Assembly: GCF_964204645.1 (NCBI RefSeq)
Contig: NC_134030.1
Span: forward strand, 7,420,778-7,484,777
Origin: Tubulanus polymorphus
Lineage: Eukaryota > Animalia > Nemertea
Direction of reading: 5' to 3'
DNA length: 64,000 nt
Shown piece by piece: positions 63,201-64,000 of the stretch (positions are counted from its first letter, which is position 1; each line of letters begins with the position of its first letter). Under the pieces are notes generated by a model. That model did not search any database. It was not told where the DNA came from and saw nothing but the letters and a program-made list of their open reading frames with translations. The position numbers and the translations under genes were made by a program.

Positions 63201-63488
63201 ACTAAATGAGTCTATCAACTGTTTACCTAGACAAATAACTTTGGCCATAAATAGACGAGAACATTTCCAGTATTGATGAAAATCATTGAGTGAAAACCAC
63301 ATCAATTTAAAAAACTGTTATTGTTTTTTCTTTTGTTTCACTCTCATGATTTTGAAGGCACTTTCTTCGGAGAATTTTTCATCAAAACTTGAAGCGAAAC
63401 TTACCACGAACACTAATTCAAACTCATTATCGAGTTTATATTTAAGCGTCAGGGCGTCATGCGAAAATGTATTGTTTCCTCCCCTTTC
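57125..63488 (-). CDS. SRPRA: Signal recognition particle receptor subunit alpha (SRalpha), 5'-partial, 12 exons in window
   Basis: SRX/longin segment [47 protein letters not shown]-GTPase motifs [51 protein letters not shown]. All introns GT-AG with compatible phases. The first exon lies beyond 64000. Confidence 0.97.
57332..57481. mobile_element. degenerate pogo/Tigger-like MITE in the last SRPRA intron
   Basis: TA|cagcggaacctc ... gagattccactg imperfect TIRs. Confidence 0.5.
57764..57940 (-). CDS. SRPRA: SRPRA exon (G4)
   Basis: [30 protein letters not shown]...[15 protein letters not shown]. Confidence 0.95.
58218..58303 (-). CDS. SRPRA: SRPRA exon (G3)
   Basis: [29 protein letters not shown]. 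Confidence 0.95.
58519..58732 (-). CDS. SRPRA: SRPRA exon (G2)
   Basis: [31 protein letters not shown]...[20 protein letters not shown]; tag|...|gtacat. Confidence 0.95.
58922..59098. mobile_element. MITE family B (Tc1/mariner-pogo-like) in an SRPRA intron
   Basis: Perfect TIRs CAGTCAACCCCTGATATA / TATATCAGGGGTTGACTG with TA on both flanks. Confidence 0.85.
59296..59468 (-). CDS. SRPRA: SRPRA exon (G1/P-loop)
   Basis: [57 protein letters not shown]. Confidence 0.95.
59900..60114 (-). CDS. SRPRA: SRPRA exon (N domain)
   Basis: [23 protein letters not shown]...[22 protein letters not shown]...KVLGTFS. Confidence 0.93.
60458..60588 (-). CDS. SRPRA: SRPRA exon (acidic linker)
   Basis: [43 protein letters not shown]. 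The acceptor is AAG at 60589-60591 or, alternatively, an in-frame CAG at 60571-60573. Confidence 0.75.
60932..61094 (-). CDS. SRPRA: SRPRA exon (linker)
   Basis: [37 protein letters not shown]...SSDV; cag|...|gtatgt. Confidence 0.85.
61357..61474 (-). CDS. SRPRA: SRPRA exon (linker)
   Basis: [38 protein letters not shown]; tag|...|gtgagg. Confidence 0.85.
61666..61790 (-). CDS. SRPRA: SRPRA exon (linker)
   Basis: [20 protein letters not shown]... conserved basic linker motif; tag|...|gtagga. Confidence 0.88.
62482..62678 (-). CDS. SRPRA: SRPRA exon (SRX domain)
   Basis: [31 protein letters not shown]...[11 protein letters not shown]; cag|...|gtgagt. Confidence 0.93.
63405..63488 (-). CDS. 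SRPRA: SRPRA exon (SRX domain)
   Basis: [28 protein letters not shown]; tag|...|gtaagt on the - strand. Confidence 0.93.
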
Positions 63489-64000
63489 CTACAAAAATAA
63501 ATAGAAAATTAATTTTTTTTTCATCAAGAAAATTGGGGAATCCCGGGGAAAGTACAGGATTCATCTTAGGTCGCTGATACGATGTTTTCTGAAAGTGTTA
63601 GGTACTATGTAAGATTCTTAGAATGATATTTACAGTTTTTGCACCTATCAAAAAGATGTAGGCTCCCAGCATAATCAGTAACAGCAAATATACATAAAGA
63701 GGATGTATTTTTGGTAACAGTCATAGAATACAGTATTTTGGCAAATTCCAAAAATAAATTTAGGTAAAGATGAACTTTAGAAATTCAAATTTGATATCCA
63801 CCAGAGATCATCAATAACATTTTCGCAATAAATCCAAGTAAGTAATCCCATTTTGCCAGTTTTAAGTGGAAAATTCAATTTCATCAATTTCAATTTTACA
63901 ACATTTTGAGGTGTGCGGCTTCATGATTGTGGGATTTACTTTTTTATTTTCCCCGTATGATTGGTCCTTTCAGAGAAGCTATTTAATACAACACCTCGTG

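Overview
Eukaryotic (animal, invertebrate-like) AT-rich genomic DNA with short spliceosomal GT-AG introns. No prokaryotic features, CRISPR arrays or rRNA were seen. Two protein-coding genes can be reconstructed by hand with frame-consistent splice sites. (1) A complete nephrin/Sns/Hbs/SYG-2-family adhesion receptor on the + strand: 21 coding exons, 28103-52405, about 1307 aa (1323 aa with an alternative donor). Its architecture is signal peptide, 9 Ig domains, 1 FN3, TM, and a cytoplasmic tail ending AGVLV*. (2) SRP receptor alpha (SRPRA) on the - strand, convergent with it: 12 exons, 57125-63488, with the first exon outside the window. The left ~28 kb and the 12-kb intron after the signal-peptide exon contain no credible intact gene. 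They hold at least six families of short non-autonomous DNA-transposon elements (Harbinger-, Tc1/pogo-, piggyBac-, hAT- and Helentron-like), an RTE-LINE 3' relic, an orphan histone H2B C-terminal fragment, microsatellites, and Penelope-type remnants carrying minimal hammerhead-ribozyme cores. The most notable observations are: possible deep microsynteny of the nephrin/KIRREL locus with SRPRA; a furin-type RRRKR site inside the cysteine-less Ig7; two alternative C-termini (EYLC* vs GVLV*); and the hammerhead motifs. I found no well-supported wholly new biological system. All gene models are manual and unverified by transcript data.
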